Source: Deltaproteobacteria bacterium TL4 (GTDB taxonomy: Bacteria > SAR324 > NAC60-12). Taken from it: a stretch of DNA of 52,168 nucleotides. The stretch is from NCBI GenBank assembly GCA_051382335.1, contig JBBCAX010000129.1:1-52168 (forward strand). Reading direction: 5' to 3'. The notes under the pieces were generated by a model. The model had not been told where the DNA came from and made no database searches. It saw only the letters and a list, made by a program, of their open reading frames with translations. The translations under genes and the position numbers were made by a program. Below, piece by piece: positions 30,948-44,292 of the stretch (its first letter is position 1; every line of letters starts with the position of its first letter).

Positions 30948-31487
30948 ATGATGAAAAAAAGAAGACACAATCGCCCTCTGATCTTATTGATTTTGCTGGT
31001 TTTTTCCTGCTGTTTGGGAAGGCCTCAATCCGTTCGTGCCAGTCACAAATGTCCCAAACCCCCTAAACCGCCTATGATTTCTTCCAGTTCCTTTGCAACG
31101 ACTTTCCTACCGGCGGCAACCATTTCCGCGACAATCCGATCCTCGGGGACCTCAGGTTGTGAGTTAGGTCACCCTTCAAAAAATTTCTATACACCCCAAA
31201 AACGGATGATCGGAAATTACTTAAACAAGAGTCTGGAAAATGTTGCCGAAGAAAGTGCTCAAGGCAAGGGCGCGCATCTGCAAGTTCTGGCCAAGCTCAT
31301 TGGCTGTCGTCCGGAAGTTTATCCCCTCTTTACTCAAACTTTACAAAAAAATTACGCGCACCTCTTTCCCTTAGGGGCACCCATTCCCTCTGAATCACAG
31401 GCTTATGTGGTTACTGAAGAAGTCACGCTCCTGGTAGAAGACCAGCCTCAATTGAAGCAAAACTGTAATTATACTTCAAACGGGTGA
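30948..31487 (+). CDS. DUF3015-like exported protein
   Basis: SGTSGC, AQGKGAHL..LA.LIGC and LQKNY; adjacent to the DUF4105 gene. Confidence 0.75.
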   Translation: MMKKRRHNRPLILLILLVFSCCLGRPQSVRASHKCPKPPKPPMISSSSFATTFLPAATISATIRSSGTSGCELGHPSKNFYTPQKRMIGNYLNKSLENVAEESAQGKGAHLQVLAKLIGCRPEVYPLFTQTLQKNYAHLFPLGAPIPSESQAYVVTEEVTLLVEDQPQLKQNCNYTSNG

Positions 31488-31647
31488 TATCTTCACTTTT
31501 CAATTAAAGAACCAGGACGCAGATTTAACGGATAACCGTTGACCGTTGACCGCGTTCGGATAATGAAGAACAGTCAACGGAGAACGGTCAACGGGAAACG
31601 AAGAAATGAACTTTTTACCCATTCACAGTATACCCCATCCCTCCTTC

Positions 31648-32613
31648 TTAATAAACACCTGCTCTTAGAATGTGGTATATTTGAACGATACCGATCGGAT
31701 TTTGTTTTTCATTCACAACCACCAGGCAGGTAATGGAGCGTGTTTCCATAAGATGCAGCGCTTTCGCCGCCAAGACATCCTTCGTGATGACCTTGGGGTT
31801 TTGAATCATGAAGTTCGCAATCGGGAGCGTGAAAAAATCGGTTTGCCTGTTGATCAAGCGCAGGTAATCGCCCATGGAGAAGACGCCTTTTAGACGCTGT
31901 TCTGAATCAACAATAATCAATATGCCCAAATGTTTGTCCAGCATAAACTGAAGCGCCGCTTGCATTGACGTTTCTTCCTGAAGGAGGGGTAAGGCTTCGC
32001 CTGTGATCATAACGTCATTAACATTGATCGAAAGTTTCTTGCCTAAACTTCCGCCGGGATGAAACAGCCCAAAATCTTCCGCATTAAAATTTCTCTTTTC
32101 CAAAAGGCACATGGCCAAGGCATCGCCTAAAGCCAGGGTGACGGTGCTGCTGGTGGTAGGCGCCAGGCCCAGGGGACAGGCTTCTTTATCAACGGCAATA
32201 TTCAGGTGGACGGTGGAGTTACGTGCCAGAGAGGATTTGGGATTTCCAGAAATGCCGATTAAGGGAATGCCTATCGCCTGGATATGCCCGAGAATGGAAA
32301 TGACCTCTGCGGTTTCTCCACTGTTTGAAATAGCGATCACCACATCCCGGGCTTCAAGAATTCCCAAGTCTCCATGCGCACTGTCCGCCGCATGCATAAA
32401 GAGCGAGGGCGTGCCTGTACTGGTCAGGGTTGCGGCAATTTTCTTTCCAATGATACCGCTTTTTCCAACCCCGGTAATGATCACTTTGCCTTTACACGCC
32501 AGCAGGTGTTCCACGGCATCTTCAAAGGAAGAATCTAAATTGTTAATCAGGTTTTGAATCCCTTCGATTTCCAGGGATAAGGTTTGTTTGGCTCGTTCGA
32601 GTACTGTTGTCAT
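31648..32613 (-). CDS. kdsD: Arabinose-5-phosphate isomerase KdsD/KpsF (SIS plus CBS)
   Basis: Motifs GVGKSG, HGDLG, SNSGET, EACPLGLAPTTS and HPGGSLG. Confidence 0.95.
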   Translation of the reverse strand: MTTVLERAKQTLSLEIEGIQNLINNLDSSFEDAVEHLLACKGKVIITGVGKSGIIGKKIAATLTSTGTPSLFMHAADSAHGDLGILEARDVVIAISNSGETAEVISILGHIQAIGIPLIGISGNPKSSLARNSTVHLNIAVDKEACPLGLAPTTSSTVTLALGDALAMCLLEKRNFNAEDFGLFHPGGSLGKKLSINVNDVMITGEALPLLQEETSMQAALQFMLDKHLGILIIVDSEQRLKGVFSMGDYLRLINRQTDFFTLPIANFMIQNPKVITKDVLAAKALHLMETRSITCLVVVNEKQNPIGIVQIYHILRAGVY

Positions 32614-32891
32614 AGCTGATGCACCGTTAAATTTATAGAAGTTGCAACCTTCGCTGTTAGGGGAATGTCAGTTTTTGAATTGAAGAGTATCTCAGGTCCA
32701 GGTAAAAATAAAGAAGGAAAGTTATGAGCTGGAATGTCTTCAATTTTTGGGAGGAGAACTCCTTTCGTTACGCCTGTTTTTTGAAAACCTTCAGAAAATA
32801 AATAACCCCTTTAAAGAACACTTTATTCTTTGTAAAAAAGCAGCTATAACCTGCCAGAATGAATTGGAAACCTCAATCAAATAGGAGAAAC

Positions 32892-34136
32892 ATGACAGCG
32901 TTGGAAGCTCTTGAGCAACTTTCAAAAAAATATGGTTCCCGTGCAAATGTCGCAGTAACACTGGGAAAAACACGGAAAACCAGTTTGGTTAAAGCAGGAA
33001 AAGTCGCTTCGCAAGTTTTGGAAACGGAAATCCTTGCCTTGTATGAAAAAGATTTTTCTGGAAGCTCCTCCGGAAAAAAAGTGGCGTTACCGCCAACTCC
33101 CAAAGTGACACCCATACCGACCGTAAAAGAATCCGTTTTAAAGACCGCTCCTCAAAAAGGGACAACCGTAAAAAAGGCAACAGGCGAGCCTCTCTCCGAA
33201 AAGGTGACAGCGTCTTCAAAAAACAAAACCTCCAAAACCAGTTCACCTGTGAAAAAGACAACGACAACGCAAGGCAATCGGCCAGAGCTGACTCAAAGTA
33301 AAGTAACGGAAGACTCCCATTATTTCAAAGAGCGTTGGACAGGACTTCGGTTGTTTTATCGGAGTTATTTAGTGGAAGACGCTGAAAAAGTGTTGATTGT
33401 TTCACATGGACTGGGCGAGCATTCTGAACGCTATTTGAATTTGGTCAATTATTTTGCTCCCAGAAAAACCAACCTTTATCTCATAGACCATCGTGGACAT
33501 GGTCGAAGCCAGGGGCAACGAGGGCATGTTGATTCATTCAACCAATACCTGGATGATTTTCATGAATTTGTAGAAATGATTCGGGACAAAGAGCCAAACC
33601 GCAAATTATTCCTGCTTGGCCACTCTATGGGGGGCTCCATTGCTGCCAATTATCTGATTCATAGAGAGCAAAATTTTGCTGGCGCTGTTTTATCCTCTCC
33701 AGCCTTCGCACCGGGTTTTCCTGTGCCTAAACTGAAACAAATTGCTGGAGCCTTGACTAGCCGATCGGTGCCAACGCTCAGTCTGCCCACAGGCCTGGAT
33801 TCCAATCTCATTTCTCATGATCCGGCTGTTGTCAAAGCTTATGACGAAGACCCTTTTGTGCATGGTGTGGTTTCTTCACGATGGTTCAGTGAATACATGA
33901 CGTATGGCGAACGTGCCGTAAATAATGCCGATTTGATTCGTTGTCCTGTTTTGATCATTCAGGGAAGTTCGGACACCATGGTGAGTGTCGAAAAAGTTCA
34001 GCAATTTTACCGGAACCTGACCACGGTAGATCAGCAAATGGAATGGTTTGAGGGATACATGCATGAGTGTTTCAACGAAATCGGTAAAGAAAAGGTCTTT
34101 GAGGCTTTGGAACGATGGTTGACCAAACACATCTAA
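32892..34136 (+). CDS. Lysophospholipase/monoglyceride lipase-type alpha/beta hydrolase with long N-terminal extension
   Basis: HGLGEH, DHRGHGRS, GHSMGG and MHE. AGGAG RBS precedes the ATG at 32892. Confidence 0.9.
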   Translation: MTALEALEQLSKKYGSRANVAVTLGKTRKTSLVKAGKVASQVLETEILALYEKDFSGSSSGKKVALPPTPKVTPIPTVKESVLKTAPQKGTTVKKATGEPLSEKVTASSKNKTSKTSSPVKKTTTTQGNRPELTQSKVTEDSHYFKERWTGLRLFYRSYLVEDAEKVLIVSHGLGEHSERYLNLVNYFAPRKTNLYLIDHRGHGRSQGQRGHVDSFNQYLDDFHEFVEMIRDKEPNRKLFLLGHSMGGSIAANYLIHREQNFAGAVLSSPAFAPGFPVPKLKQIAGALTSRSVPTLSLPTGLDSNLISHDPAVVKAYDEDPFVHGVVSSRWFSEYMTYGERAVNNADLIRCPVLIIQGSSDTMVSVEKVQQFYRNLTTVDQQMEWFEGYMHECFNEIGKEKVFEALERWLTKHI

Positions 34137-35452
34137 CAGACAAAGAACCGTGTTTTTCATTTGACAGCAAATATTTGAGACAGTCCCAGGTATGTACGGA
34201 ACTCGTGAGTCATGCTTGGGATGTCTGCAAAAAAGGTAAAGCTGTGGATCAGGAACTTACCCACATTTTACGGACCCGTAGAGAACTGGGATCCCGTGAT
34301 CGCCGACTGATTCAAAATGTTGTTTTTGCAAGTTTCCGATGGTGGGGATGGACTCGCGCCTTGGGCTCGCCCACCACAAGAATGCTGCTTTCCTACCTGT
34401 TGGACGGAAATCCATGGGTTCCTGTCTGTGAGCTGTGGGCTTCTCAGGCAAAATTGGCGACGTTAGCTGAAGGCTCTCAACTGGAAGGTAGCTTAGAGGA
34501 AAAGCGATTGTGGCTTCAGTCTTACCTTAACCTCTCCTCTGTGGATTTGTCTTTTAAAAGCCTGTTGCCCGATTGGAGTGTCGCTGAATTTTCAGAACTG
34601 TTGACTTCAGCTCCTCAGGAAGCTTTATTTCCTTTCATCGAATCCTTACAAACCAAACCTGCGTTGTGGATCCGCCTACAATCCAAAAACAAAGCGAAAG
34701 TCCTGGAAGAATTTCAGCAAAAAAAAATAGGCTACAGCTTTCATGACTCGTTATCGCAGGCTTTAAGACTGCATCAAAAAACCAATTTTCATGAATTACA
34801 GTCCTTTGAAAAAGGACAGTTTGAAATTCAGGATTTAGCCTCCCAGTGTGTCAGCCTCATTTGCGATCCAAAACCTGAAGAGCAGTGGTGGGATGTTTGT
34901 GCCGGAGCAGGAGGCAAATCCCTGCATTTGGCCGCATTGATGCGAAATCAAGGCAAAGTTCTGGCCACAGATATTCGAACACATTCACTTGAAGAACTGC
35001 ACAAAAGAGCAAAACGTGGAAACTTGAAAGAGTTTCGATCCTACGCCTGGGATGGTGAAAAACTTCCCTTTGAAAAGAACCTTTTGTTTGAGGGGGTTCT
35101 CGTGGATGCCCCTTGCAGTGGTACCGGAACCTGGAAAAGGAATCCTGATCAACGCTGGAGAACCTCCTTGCAGGATGTCCTGGAATACACCAAACTGCAG
35201 ACAAAAATTCTCCAGATTGCGTCCCAACAAGTGAAACCGGAAGGAAAACTGGTTTACGCGACATGCTCTTTGATGAAGAAGGAAAATAACGAGATCATTC
35301 ATACTTTTTTGAAGCATCATTCCAACTTTCAACCACTGGCCTGCGCCCATCCCTTATCAGGAACGCTGATTGAAGAGGGCCTCTTGACCCTTTGGCCTCA
35401 GCAACACAATTCGGATGGGATGTTCATCGCTTCTCTGCAGCGGATTTCATAA
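34115..35452 (+). CDS. RsmB/NOL1/NOP2 RNA m5C methyltransferase
   Basis: Motifs QDLASQ, DVCAGAGGKS, VDAPCSGTG and YATCS. Confidence 0.93.
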   Translation: MVDQTHLTDKEPCFSFDSKYLRQSQVCTELVSHAWDVCKKGKAVDQELTHILRTRRELGSRDRRLIQNVVFASFRWWGWTRALGSPTTRMLLSYLLDGNPWVPVCELWASQAKLATLAEGSQLEGSLEEKRLWLQSYLNLSSVDLSFKSLLPDWSVAEFSELLTSAPQEALFPFIESLQTKPALWIRLQSKNKAKVLEEFQQKKIGYSFHDSLSQALRLHQKTNFHELQSFEKGQFEIQDLASQCVSLICDPKPEEQWWDVCAGAGGKSLHLAALMRNQGKVLATDIRTHSLEELHKRAKRGNLKEFRSYAWDGEKLPFEKNLLFEGVLVDAPCSGTGTWKRNPDQRWRTSLQDVLEYTKLQTKILQIASQQVKPEGKLVYATCSLMKKENNEIIHTFLKHHSNFQPLACAHPLSGTLIEEGLLTLWPQQHNSDGMFIASLQRIS

Positions 35453-35785
35453 CCTTTGAGTGTTTTTCTTGTGTTTCGTGAACTGAGTCGTTACCAGCAA
35501 CTTTATGATTTTGTGGCTTGGAGCAAACAAGTTACCGTTTTTAAAATTATAAAGTTGCTTCGTCTAATGCTCTGTGATAGAAGAACCGGTTTATCGTAGG
35601 ATAAATATTTCATAAATAGCTATTTAATGTGATCCTCAGCTTATGATGAAAAGAACCAGCAAGCCTATTGGTTTACCATGGAGACCTGTCTTAAACTTCC
35701 TTCCGTTAATTATTTCAATAATGCTTATGATTCGAGCTTGATGACTAAGTATATGAAAAACCTGTGTTTACAGGACTGAGTTAGT

Positions 35786-35864
35786 GTTCTTCCTACTGCT
35801 ATCTGCAGTATCAGCAAGTAGGAAAGAACGGGTACAGTTAATGTTAACCTCCTTAGTTTAAGGA
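35786..35864 (+). promoter_or_regulatory. Structured rpoB leader: long hairpin plus small hairpin covering the SD
   Basis: GTTCTTCCTACTGCT...AGCAAGTAGGAAAGAAC at 35786-35829; TCCTTA-gtt-TAAGGA at 35850-35864. Confidence 0.5.
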
Positions 35865-35872
35865 AACATCTT

Positions 35873-38800
35873 ATGTCTATCACCCTGAAAAATCGACACC
35901 GAATACGACGTTCCTTTGCTAAACTTTCATCACCAATTGAAGTTCCTCACTTGGTGAAGGTGCAATTAGATTCATATGAACGATTATTACAGCAAAACAT
36001 TCCCCCGGATCAGCGCAAAGATGAAGGCCTAGAGAGTGTTTTCCGCTCTGTGTTTCCTATCTCGGACTTTAGTGGATCATCAACACTGGAGTATGTTCAT
36101 TATCGCTTGGGAGAACCCAAGTACTCGGTAGATGAATGCCGAACACGAGGAGTGACTTACGCGTGTCCATTGCGGGTAGCTTTAAGATTAATTGTGTGGG
36201 AAAAAGAAGCGGATTCTGAAACAAAACACATTCGTGATATCCGGGAGCAGGATATTTATTTGGGAGAGATTCCGTTAATGACCCCTACAGGCTCGTTTAT
36301 TGTCAATGGGACAGAGCGCGTAATCGTCAGTCAAATGCACAAAAGCCCGGGTGTTTTTTTCTCTCATGATAAGGGAAAAGGGCACTCCAGTGGTAAATTG
36401 CTCTATTCCGCGCGGATTATTCCTCAGCGGGGCTCATGGTTGGATTTTGAGTTTGATGCCAAAGACATTCTCTCTTGTCGGATTGATCGACGGCGTAAAT
36501 TCCCCGCGACTATTTTATTACGTGCGTTGGGATATACCGAAGAACAACTCCTGGATACTTTTTATAAATCAGAAGCCATTGATTTAAGTGAGGTGAATTT
36601 AGGCGACGATCCCGACCAGCGGCTATTTTACAAATTTGTGGATGCCGAAACCACCCTGAACCAGAGACCGAGTGCTAATATTGAGGATCCTGCCACTAAT
36701 GAAGCCATCGTGAAAAGCGGGCAGCGAATCAATAAGCGGTTACTGAGTAAACTCATCAAGGCCAAAATCAAACGCATTCCCGTCTCACTTCAGATGATCA
36801 AAGAGTGTTATTTAGCGCATGACGTTGTCATCAGTGGCAAGTGTGAAGCGAAATGTAACACCCCGTTGACTCCAGAATTAATCGAATTGCTGGTTGACCA
36901 GCAAATCAAAAAAATTGAGGTTCTCTATCTGGGAGAGAATAGTGTCGGTCCAAGCTTCAGAAATACGCTCGAAATTGATAAAATGAGTTCAATAGAACAG
37001 TCCCTCATTGAGCTTTACAAAAAGATGAAACCTGGGGATCCCCCCACATTGGAAGCGGCTCAAAACTTATTGAACAACTTCTTTTTCAATGAAGAGCGAT
37101 ACAGCCTCTCAAAAGTAGGGCGACTGAAAATCAATAAGAAGCTCAGTATGGATTATCCGCTCTCACTAACGGTTCTGACTCATGATGACATTTTGAAATC
37201 CGTCAGATATTTGTTGGGCTTAAAGGAAGGAAACGGCATCATCGACGATATTGACCACTTGGGAAATCGCCGTATTCGCAGTGTTGGGGAGTTACTCGAG
37301 ACTCAGTTCCGGATCGGTTTGGTCCGCATGGAACGCACGATTAAAGAGCGAATGAGTCTTCAGGATACCGAAACCATGATGCTCCATGACATTGTTAACG
37401 CCAAACCGGTTGCCGCTGCGATTCACGAGTTTTTCGGAAGCAGTCAGCTTTCACAGTTTATGGACCAGACCAACCCTCTTTCTGAAATCACACACAAGCG
37501 TCGTTTGAGTGCCTTGGGCCCTGGTGGGTTAACACGGGAACGTGCAGGTTTTGATGTACGGGACGTACACTCTTCACACTATGGAAGAATCTGTCCTATT
37601 GAAACTCCGGAAGGACCTAATATCGGATTGATTGCCTCCTTGGCAACTTACGGAAGGGTGAATGATTTTGGGTTCATTGAAACACCTTACCGCAAAGTAA
37701 AAGAGGGGAAAGTTACGGATGACATTGAGTATTTATCAGCTATTGAGGAGGATCAATACAGGATTGCTCAAGCCAACGCGGTGATTGATGAACACGGCTT
37801 TTTAGCCTCGGAATTCGTCTCCGCCCGGATTGGCGGCGAATTCAGCATGGTTCTTCGTGGCGATATCGATTATATTGACGTTTCTCCCTGTCAGTTAGTT
37901 TCTGTTGCGGCCTCGCTCATTCCTTTCTTGGAGCATGATGACGCCAACCGGGCGTTGATGGGTTCCAACATGCAGCGACAAGGGGTTCCCCTGGTTCGAC
38001 CTCAGGCGCCTCTTATTGGAACAGGCATGGAGTATCAAGCCGCCTTGAACTCAGGAACCTGTACGGTGGCAAAGCGTTCAGGAACAGTAGTCAGTGCTGA
38101 CGCGAGCCGAATTGTGATTCATGCGGATGTGGATATTTTCGAAGAAGAGTCTGTCATTCCGGCAAATGTGGATATTTATCACTTAACCAAATATCGCCGA
38201 TCCAATCAAAATACGTGTATCAACCAAAGACCTTTGGTTTTCACAGGAGATTACGTCAATTCGGGAGATATTATTGCGGATGGTGGAAGTACAGAGAATG
38301 GGGAGTTAGCGCTTGGACAAAACATCTTCATCGCGTTTATGCCCTGGAATGGTTATAACTTTGAGGATTCCATCTTGATTTCCAAAAAGTTGCTGCATGA
38401 TGATCGGTTCACCTCGATCCATATCGATGTTCTGGATACGGTTGCCAGAGACACCAAACTTGGAAAAGAAGAAATCACACGGGATCTCCCGAATGTGAGC
38501 GAAGAAGCTTTGAAAAATCTGGATGATAGTGGCATTGTCCGAGTCGGAAGTTATGTCCGTCCAGGAGATATCCTGGTGGGTAAAGTCACGCCCAAAGGGG
38601 AAACCCAACTGAATCCTGAAGAAAAACTGTTGCGCGCGATTTTTGGTGAAAAGGCAGGCGATGTGCGGGATACGTCTCTTCGTGTTTCTCAAGGAATGGA
38701 AGGCATTGTTACCGATGTTGTGGTTTTCAATCGGGAAGGCGTTGAACGTGATGAACGAACACGAGAAATTGAACATCAAGCGTTGCAAAAGTTTGAAAAG

Positions 38801-40084
38801 GATCATAATGATGAGATGCGGATTGTTCACGGGAACCTGGTCAAGCGCGTTCTTTCATTGATTGATGGACAGGTCCTTTCGAACGCAGTCATAAACCTGC
38901 AAGGAGAAATCCTTTTTCCTGAAGGCACGGTTGTGAGTGAAGACGTTTTGAGACGAATCCCCCTCAAGAGCTGGGAAGGTGTGCAGGTTGACCGTGAAAC
39001 CCCCAACACCGCACTGGCAAAAGTGGTCAATAATGCGCTTCAACAAATGTTTTTGCTTGAAAATATTTATCAGGATAAATGCGAAAAAATCTCCAAAGGT
39101 GATGATTTACCTCCCGGCGTTATTCGGATGGTTAAAGTTTACATCGCCATTAAGCGTAAGCTTTCTGTAGGTGATAAAATGGCAGGGCGGCACGGAAACA
39201 AAGGGGTGGTGTCTACCATCCAGCCCATAGAAAACATGCCTTATATGGAGGATGGAAAAACCATCGATATCGTGCTGAATCCTTTAGGGGTTCCGTCTCG
39301 GATGAATATTGGTCAGGTCTTGGAAACGCATTTGGGCCGTATGGCCAAAGGGCTGGGCGATAAGATTCAACAGATGGTGGAAGCGAATAATCCTATCCCT
39401 GAAATGAAAACTTTTGTTAAATCTATCTATGAATCTCCCTTGATTGACAAGCATATTGACGAGATGGATGAGGAGACCTTTCTTACCTTCGCCAAAAAAT
39501 ACAAGATGGGTGTTCATATGGCAACCTCCGTTTTTGATGGCGCAAATGAAAAGGATATCAGCCATATGGGCGATTTGGCCGGACTGTCAAAATCAGGTCA
39601 GGTTTGGCTCTATGATGGATTAACCGGTGAGCGTTTCAGTCAAAAAGTTACGGTGGGGTATGCCTATATTATGAAATTGCACCATTTGGTGGATGAGAAA
39701 ATTCATGCCCGTTCTATTGGTCCCTATTCTTTGGTAACGCAGCAGCCTCTCGGTGGAAAAGCACAGTTTGGAGGACAGCGTTTCGGGGAAATGGAAGTCT
39801 GGGCTCTTGAGGCTTATGGTGCTGCTTATACCTTGCAGGAACTTCTAACAGTGAAATCTGATGATGTTTACGGTCGTAACAAAATTTACGAATCCATTGT
39901 CAAAGGCAAACATAAGTTGGAAACAGGCCTTCCGGAATCTTTCAAGGTTCTGATCAGTGAACTCAAAAGTCTTTGTCTCAATATTGAACTCTTGCAGGAG
40001 GTTGATGACGATCACGTTTCTGAGGATGAGGAATACTATTTCACCGAAGAGGAATCGCAAGAGTCATCAATTGACGGTACTTGA
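35873..40084 (+). CDS. rpoB: RNA polymerase beta subunit
   Basis: [31 protein letters not shown] and [11 protein letters not shown]. Confidence 0.99.
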   Translation: MSITLKNRHRIRRSFAKLSSPIEVPHLVKVQLDSYERLLQQNIPPDQRKDEGLESVFRSVFPISDFSGSSTLEYVHYRLGEPKYSVDECRTRGVTYACPLRVALRLIVWEKEADSETKHIRDIREQDIYLGEIPLMTPTGSFIVNGTERVIVSQMHKSPGVFFSHDKGKGHSSGKLLYSARIIPQRGSWLDFEFDAKDILSCRIDRRRKFPATILLRALGYTEEQLLDTFYKSEAIDLSEVNLGDDPDQRLFYKFVDAETTLNQRPSANIEDPATNEAIVKSGQRINKRLLSKLIKAKIKRIPVSLQMIKECYLAHDVVISGKCEAKCNTPLTPELIELLVDQQIKKIEVLYLGENSVGPSFRNTLEIDKMSSIEQSLIELYKKMKPGDPPTLEAAQNLLNNFFFNEERYSLSKVGRLKINKKLSMDYPLSLTVLTHDDILKSVRYLLGLKEGNGIIDDIDHLGNRRIRSVGELLETQFRIGLVRMERTIKERMSLQDTETMMLHDIVNAKPVAAAIHEFFGSSQLSQFMDQTNPLSEITHKRRLSALGPGGLTRERAGFDVRDVHSSHYGRICPIETPEGPNIGLIASLATYGRVNDFGFIETPYRKVKEGKVTDDIEYLSAIEEDQYRIAQANAVIDEHGFLASEFVSARIGGEFSMVLRGDIDYIDVSPCQLVSVAASLIPFLEHDDANRALMGSNMQRQGVPLVRPQAPLIGTGMEYQAALNSGTCTVAKRSGTVVSADASRIVIHADVDIFEEESVIPANVDIYHLTKYRRSNQNTCINQRPLVFTGDYVNSGDIIADGGSTENGELALGQNIFIAFMPWNGYNFEDSILISKKLLHDDRFTSIHIDVLDTVARDTKLGKEEITRDLPNVSEEALKNLDDSGIVRVGSYVRPGDILVGKVTPKGETQLNPEEKLLRAIFGEKAGDVRDTSLRVSQGMEGIVTDVVVFNREGVERDERTREIEHQALQKFEKDHNDEMRIVHGNLVKRVLSLIDGQVLSNAVINLQGEILFPEGTVVSEDVLRRIPLKSWEGVQVDRETPNTALAKVVNNALQQMFLLENIYQDKCEKISKGDDLPPGVIRMVKVYIAIKRKLSVGDKMAGRHGNKGVVSTIQPIENMPYMEDGKTIDIVLNPLGVPSRMNIGQVLETHLGRMAKGLGDKIQQMVEANNPIPEMKTFVKSIYESPLIDKHIDEMDEETFLTFAKKYKMGVHMATSVFDGANEKDISHMGDLAGLSKSGQVWLYDGLTGERFSQKVTVGYAYIMKLHHLVDEKIHARSIGPYSLVTQQPLGGKAQFGGQRFGEMEVWALEAYGAAYTLQELLTVKSDDVYGRNKIYESIVKGKHKLETGLPESFKVLISELKSLCLNIELLQEVDDDHVSEDEEYYFTEEESQESSIDGT

Positions 40085-40171
40085 GATACCCTTTTTGCAG
40101 TGTGTTGTCCTGGAGGACATTCAGGACATAAAAGCTAAAAAATTTTTAACAAAACACGAGGGGTAGTAAAA

Positions 40172-43100
40172 ATGTCTTATAAGCATTTATTTGAAATTGC
40201 AGAAGATCCCAAAAATTACACAGCAATCCGTATTACGTTAGCAACCTCAGAAGACGTGTTGTCCTGGACTCATGGCGAGGTAAAAACATCTGAAACAATC
40301 AATTATCGTACCTTCAAGCCTGAGCGAGATGGTTTATTTTGCGGAAAGATCTTTGGTCCGGTTCATGACTACGAATGTATTTGTGGAAAATATAAGCGGA
40401 TGAAGCACCGGGGCATCACCTGTGAGAAATGTGGTGTTGAGGTGATTGAGTCCAAAGTTCGTCGTGAGCGGATGGGCAATATCCGTTTGGCCTCACCCGT
40501 TTCACACGTCTGGTTCCTGAAAGGCGTCCCCAGTCGCATTGGAACCCTGTTGGATATGACGTTACGTGATTTGGAGCGAGTGCTCTATTTTGACGCTTAT
40601 CTCGTGATTGACCCCGCGGATTCTAACCTGGAACCCAAAACATTGATTGAAGAAGATGCCTACTATGACCTGATCGATCAATTCCCGGAGATCGAACTGG
40701 GAATGGGAGCGGAAGTCATTCAAGACTTGTTGCGTAAAGTTGACTTGGAAGCCTTGGATGTCTCTCTTCGTGAAGAGATGCGGACGGTTAAATCGGAAAC
40801 CCGGCGCAAGAAAATTGCCAAGCGTTTGAGTGTGGTGAGTGCGTTACTCAACTCAGGAAATTCACCTGATTCGATGATTATTGATACACTGCCGGTTTTG
40901 CCTCCGGAATTACGTCCCTTGGTTCCCTTGGAAGGGGGGCGTTTTGCAACCAGTGATTTAAATGATTTATATCGTCGCGTGATCCATCGAAATAATCGGT
41001 TGCGCCGCTTGATTGAATTACGAGCCCCCAACATCATTGTCAAAAATGAGAAAAGGATGCTTCAGGAATCCGTTGACGCCCTTTTTGACAACGGTCGACG
41101 TGGACGTCCGATGGTAGGCTCCAACAAGCGCCCGCTAAAGTCCATGAGCGATATGTTGAAAGGAAAACAGGGCCGTTTTCGACAGAATCTTTTAGGAAAA
41201 CGCGTTGATTATTCAGGCCGAACGGTCATTGTCGTGGGACCTGACTTGAAACTACAGCAGTGTGGTTTGCCTAAAAAAATGGCCTTGGAACTCTACAAAC
41301 CGTTCATCTATCATAAGCTGATTGATCACAAAGATATTCATACGATCAAGATGGCCAAGAAAAAACTGGAGCAGGATTTGCCTGAAGTTTGGGCCATTTT
41401 GGAAGAAGTTGTGAGGGAACATCCTGTGATGTTGAACCGGGCACCAACACTCCACCGGCTTGGAATTCAAGCGTTTGAACCTGTTTTGATTGAAGGCAAG
41501 GCTGTTCAGTTGCACCCTTTGGTTTGTACAGCGTTTAATGCGGATTTCGATGGTGACCAGATGGCGGTTCATCTTCCGCTTTCGGTTGAAGCTCAATTGG
41601 AAGCCAAAATTCTGATGATGTCCACCAACAATGTGCTCTCCCCTGCCAATGGGAAACCGATCATGATTCCAACTCAGGATATGGTCCTTGGTTTATATTG
41701 GATTACCCGCGCTCGAGAAGGGGCACAGGGTGAAGGTAAGGTGTTTTCAAATCGGGAAGAAGTCCTGGTTGCGTTTGACCATAAAAAGGTTGATTTGCAG
41801 GCCAAGATTAAAGTTAGAATGGATAAAGCGATTATCGATTCAACAGTGGGTCGTGTCATGCTCTCTTTCGTTATTCCCGAAGAAGTGACCTTCGATCTCT
41901 ACAACCGACATTTGAAGAAAAAACAACTCGGAGAATTGGTAGATCTTACCTTCCGTCGTGCAGGTAATATCAAAACAGTCAAGATGTTGGATGCGCTGAA
42001 AAAGTTAGGGTACACTTATGCGACAAAAGCTGGTTTTTCCATCTGTATGGATGACATGGTGGTTCCTAAGGAAAAAGGTGTCCTTTTGGCGGATGCACAA
42101 GAAAAAGTGAATCGAATCAACAGTCAGCATCAAGATGGTCTGATCACGGATGGAGAGCGTTATAACCAGGTAATTGATATTTGGGCACGAACTACGGAAA
42201 AAATCGCTGATGAAATGTTGGGGAGCATCGCTCAGGAAATCGAAGAAGAGGATGGACACCGACGAGTCAACTCGATCTTCATGATGGCAGATTCAGGCGC
42301 AAGGGGAAGTAGCCAACAAATGAAACAGCTTGCGGGGATGCGCGGCTTGATGGCAAAACCTTCAGGCGAAATCATTGAACGTCCGATCATGTCGAACTTC
42401 CGTGAAGGCTTGAGTGTACAAGAGTATTTTATTTCAACACACGGTGCTCGTAAAGGTCTGGCGGACACCGCGTTGAAAACTGCGAATTCCGGTTATTTGA
42501 CACGGCGATTGGTTGACGTAGCGCAAGACGGTGTGGTCTCCGAACATGACTGTGGATCTATCGATGGGATCGAAATGACCGCCTTGATTGAATCTGGAGA
42601 AGTCATTGAATCCCTCGGCGATCGTGTTTTGGGACGTGTGGCCTTGGAAAACATTGTCAACCCTGAAAATGAGAACGATTACATTATCCGGGTTGGCGAA
42701 GAAATCACCGAAACGACCGTTGCGAAAATAGAAGAACATGGTATCGAACGTGTAAAAATACGCTCAGTCTTGACTTGTATGACCAGCCGGGGCGTTTGTC
42801 AGCTTTGTTATGGTCGAGATCTGGCGAGAGGAACCATGGTCGCGATGGGCGAGGCGATCGGAGTGATCGCGGCTCAAAGTATTGGCGAGCCTGGAACTCA
42901 GTTGACCATGCGGACCTTTCATATTGGAGGTACAGCGAGTCGACGCGCAGAGCAAAATACCTGGGAAGCCAAGTTCAGCGGCGTTCTTAAATTCTTTGAC
43001 CTGAAAGAAGTAAAAAACCGCGAAGGGGATTTAGTGGTGTTAGGACGTCGAGGTGAGGCGATTATTATCGATGATAACGGACGAGAAAAAGAACGACGTC

Positions 43101-44278
43101 CCCTGCCTATTGGCGCCTTGATCAAATACCAAGAAGGAGCGCAAATAAAACAGGGCGATCAGGTTGCGGAATGGGATCCCTTCTCTGTCCCGATCTTGAC
43201 AGACGTAACAGGGGTCGTCCGTTTTAAGGACATCATTGAAGGTGAAACGTGTAAGGAACAGGTTGATGAGGTTTCCGGAGTTTCCAGGAAGGTCATTCAG
43301 GAGTCTCCAAATCCTGAAAAACGACCTCAGGTTACCATTCGTGATAACAATGGAAAGATCATTAAACGAAAGAATAATACAACTACCGAATTTGCGCTTC
43401 CAGTAAAAGCCGAATTAGTGGTTGAAGATGGTCAGGAAATCCACGCTGGAGATATTCTGGCGAAGATTCCACGAGAGCTCGCGAAAAACAAGGATATCAC
43501 GGGAGGGTTACCCAGGGTTGCGGAGTTGTTTGAAGCTCGACAACCTAAAGATCAAGCGATCATTTCTGAAATTGATGGTATCGTTGAGTTTGGTTCCGAT
43601 GTGAAGAAAAAACAAAGGATCATTGTACGTCCTGAAGATGAAAAGGGAGAACCTAAAGAATATCTGGTTCCACGTGGACGGCACGTTACCGTACATAGTG
43701 GAGAATATGTTCGTGCTGGAGACCCCTTGATTGATGGTTCTCCCAATCCCCATGATATTTTAGCGGTCAAAGGGGGTAAAGAGTTACAGAAATACTTGGT
43801 TGATGAAGTTCAGCAGGTTTATCGGTTGCAAGGGGTTGGGATCAATGACAAGCATATTGAAGCCATTGTGCGGCAGATGCTTCGTCAGGTCTATGTCGCG
43901 GATCCTGGCGACTCAACATTCCTCGTGGGTGAAGTCGTTTCCAAGAGTAGGTTTAATAAACAAAACCAAAAACTCATCGAGAAAGATCTCAAACCCGCAC
44001 GTTCTAAACCCGTATTGTTGGGAATTACCAAAGCGGCCTTGAGTACCGACTCCTTCATTTCCGCAGCCTCTTTCCAGGAAACCACCAAGGTTTTAACGGA
44101 TGCGGCGCTTGCGGGAAAATATGATACGTTCCGAGGATTAAAAGAAAATGTAATTCTTGGACGCCTGATTCCTGCAGGAACCGGTTATAGTGACTTCCGC
44201 AACATCGGCTATAAAATGACTAGCTTTGATGACGATGAGGAAGAGACTGAAGAAGCCGAAACTGAAGGGGCTTTATAA
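40172..44278 (+). CDS. rpoC: RNA polymerase beta' subunit
   Basis: [11 protein letters not shown]-terminal Zn finger and TQLTMRTFH. Confidence 0.99.
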   Translation: MSYKHLFEIAEDPKNYTAIRITLATSEDVLSWTHGEVKTSETINYRTFKPERDGLFCGKIFGPVHDYECICGKYKRMKHRGITCEKCGVEVIESKVRRERMGNIRLASPVSHVWFLKGVPSRIGTLLDMTLRDLERVLYFDAYLVIDPADSNLEPKTLIEEDAYYDLIDQFPEIELGMGAEVIQDLLRKVDLEALDVSLREEMRTVKSETRRKKIAKRLSVVSALLNSGNSPDSMIIDTLPVLPPELRPLVPLEGGRFATSDLNDLYRRVIHRNNRLRRLIELRAPNIIVKNEKRMLQESVDALFDNGRRGRPMVGSNKRPLKSMSDMLKGKQGRFRQNLLGKRVDYSGRTVIVVGPDLKLQQCGLPKKMALELYKPFIYHKLIDHKDIHTIKMAKKKLEQDLPEVWAILEEVVREHPVMLNRAPTLHRLGIQAFEPVLIEGKAVQLHPLVCTAFNADFDGDQMAVHLPLSVEAQLEAKILMMSTNNVLSPANGKPIMIPTQDMVLGLYWITRAREGAQGEGKVFSNREEVLVAFDHKKVDLQAKIKVRMDKAIIDSTVGRVMLSFVIPEEVTFDLYNRHLKKKQLGELVDLTFRRAGNIKTVKMLDALKKLGYTYATKAGFSICMDDMVVPKEKGVLLADAQEKVNRINSQHQDGLITDGERYNQVIDIWARTTEKIADEMLGSIAQEIEEEDGHRRVNSIFMMADSGARGSSQQMKQLAGMRGLMAKPSGEIIERPIMSNFREGLSVQEYFISTHGARKGLADTALKTANSGYLTRRLVDVAQDGVVSEHDCGSIDGIEMTALIESGEVIESLGDRVLGRVALENIVNPENENDYIIRVGEEITETTVAKIEEHGIERVKIRSVLTCMTSRGVCQLCYGRDLARGTMVAMGEAIGVIAAQSIGEPGTQLTMRTFHIGGTASRRAEQNTWEAKFSGVLKFFDLKEVKNREGDLVVLGRRGEAIIIDDNGREKERRPLPIGALIKYQEGAQIKQGDQVAEWDPFSVPILTDVTGVVRFKDIIEGETCKEQVDEVSGVSRKVIQESPNPEKRPQVTIRDNNGKIIKRKNNTTTEFALPVKAELVVEDGQEIHAGDILAKIPRELAKNKDITGGLPRVAELFEARQPKDQAIISEIDGIVEFGSDVKKKQRIIVRPEDEKGEPKEYLVPRGRHVTVHSGEYVRAGDPLIDGSPNPHDILAVKGGKELQKYLVDEVQQVYRLQGVGINDKHIEAIVRQMLRQVYVADPGDSTFLVGEVVSKSRFNKQNQKLIEKDLKPARSKPVLLGITKAALSTDSFISAASFQETTKVLTDAALAGKYDTFRGLKENVILGRLIPAGTGYSDFRNIGYKMTSFDDDEEETEEAETEGAL

Positions 44279-44292
44279 TTCCTTAACTACCT

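Noticed and set aside
31510..31600. ncRNA or small ORF between the DUF3015 gene and kdsD
   Set aside because: It is a CCGTTGA-heptamer palindrome between convergent genes, more simply explained as a dispersed repeat or bidirectional terminator.
35873..44278. Many short antisense or alternate-frame ORFs within rpoBC, nqr, pyk and pit
   Set aside because: They fully overlap conserved genes and show no motifs.
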